A DNA stretch of 64,000 nt, taken from NCBI GenBank assembly GCA_030648515.1, contig JAUSHK010000005.1, positions 48,383 to 112,382 on the forward strand, given 5' to 3'. Below are positions 63,636 to 64,000 of this stretch, one piece after another (position 1 is the first letter of the stretch; each line of letters begins with the position of its first letter). The notes under the pieces were generated by a model. That model did not search any database. It had not been told where the DNA came from and saw only the letters and a program-made list of their open reading frames with translations. A program made the translations under genes and the position numbers. This DNA is from Candidatus Jorgensenbacteria bacterium. GTDB lineage: Bacteria; Patescibacteriota; Minisyncoccia; UBA6257; GWB1-50-10.

Positions 63636-64000
63636 ATGGAAAGAAAAAGCGATGCGCCGATTTATATAACAATTGTTGTTTTTGCATTTCTTGTCGCGGG
63701 AGGATTTTTGTTAATGTCCGACCGGATTGGCTCGCTTTCAACGGACCTCAAAAATACGCAGTCACAGCTTGAGATGGCAAACGGCTCAATAAGCTCTCCG
63801 CAAACTGGTTCGCAGCAAACAAATACGACGCCGGTTCAAAATGTGACTCCTCAACAAACGGCGCCGCAGAATAGCGTTAGCATTCCCACCGCGATTATTT
63901 TTACCACGCAATCCAGCCCAGCACTCTCGCCGCAAACAAGCATTACTGTGACAGTGGAAGACGCGCGGAGGGAAACAGACGGAACGCTTACATTGGATCT
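63636..64000 (+). CDS. Membrane-anchored secreted protein, 5' partial (runs off the window end)
   Basis: ATG at 63636, one TM (IYITIVVFAFLVAGGFLLM), then an S/T/Q/P-rich region. No stop within the window, so it is absent from the ORF track. Confidence 0.4.
   Translation, partial: MERKSDAPIYITIVVFAFLVAGGFLLMSDRIGSLSTDLKNTQSQLEMANGSISSPQTGSQQTNTTPVQNVTPQQTAPQNSVSIPTAIIFTTQSSPALSPQTSITVTVEDARRETDGTLTLD

Noticed and set aside
1-64000. Searched for rRNA genes, CRISPR repeats, integrase/transposase/recombinase genes, reverse transcriptases and toxin-antitoxin pairs
   Set aside because: No candidate sequences of those kinds were recognised. The only mobile-element-like signals are the tRNA-Gln / GIY-YIG insertion and the short inverted-repeat families reported above.

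Overview
This 64 kb window reads as a small, streamlined genome of Candidate Phyla Radiation / Patescibacteria type. That assignment is an inference from gene content: ribosomal protein L30 is absent, L3 is compact, S14 is the zinc type, and many proteins are small.

Nearly every gene is on the minus strand.

**Ribosomal core (49.4-62.9 kb, minus).** One contiguous str-S10-spc superoperon, read in the minus sense from high to low coordinates: rpsL, rpsG, fusA, tuf, rpsJ, rplC, rplD, rplW, rplB, rpsS, rplV, rpsC, rplP, rpmC, rpsQ, rplN, rplX, rplE, rpsZ, rpsH, rplF, rplR, rpsE, rplO, secY, adk, map.

**Housekeeping genes elsewhere.** zwf, a DEAD-box helicase, obg, lepA, dusB-like, rsmI, rplS, an RluA-family pseudouridine synthase, sodA, glutaredoxin, a CPA2 antiporter, a MurC/Mpl-like ligase, dprA, topA, a site-2 protease, and four tRNAs (Gln-CTG, Gly-CCC, Ala-TGC, Ile-GAT).

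**Accessory content.**
- A tRNA-Gln locus where a GIY-YIG nuclease ORF sits between the intact tRNA and a 21-nt copy of the tRNA 5' end that is split by an 18-nt perfect palindrome.
- A sharply AT-rich island carrying a HEPN/MtlR-like gene (Rx4H motif). Next to it is a membrane protein with a bPH_2-like membrane domain and an AlbA_2 (Schlafen-type) domain, then a translationally coupled pair: a nucleoside 2-deoxyribosyltransferase-like gene and a Nudix gene.
- A second AT-rich island with two orphan ORFs and a textbook terminator.
- A 1047-aa acidic low-complexity giant protein.
- A peptidoglycan-remodelling cluster: class-F-like sortase, two tandem M14 carboxypeptidases, VanY.
- A DUF4012 / GT4 / GT4 / sugar-transferase envelope glycan cluster.
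- Two tandem small basic ORFs with strong Shine-Dalgarno sites and near-identical GGGCGG hairpin terminators next to rplS.
- A MurC/Mpl-like ligase followed immediately by a Bpt/ATE-like aminoacyl-tRNA-protein transferase.
- A competence-related dprA next to PilO-like pilus remnants.
- Two copies of an inverted-repeat element with CCCGTTAGARA arms, upstream of rplS and of topA.

No rRNA genes, CRISPR arrays, integrases or transposases were seen.
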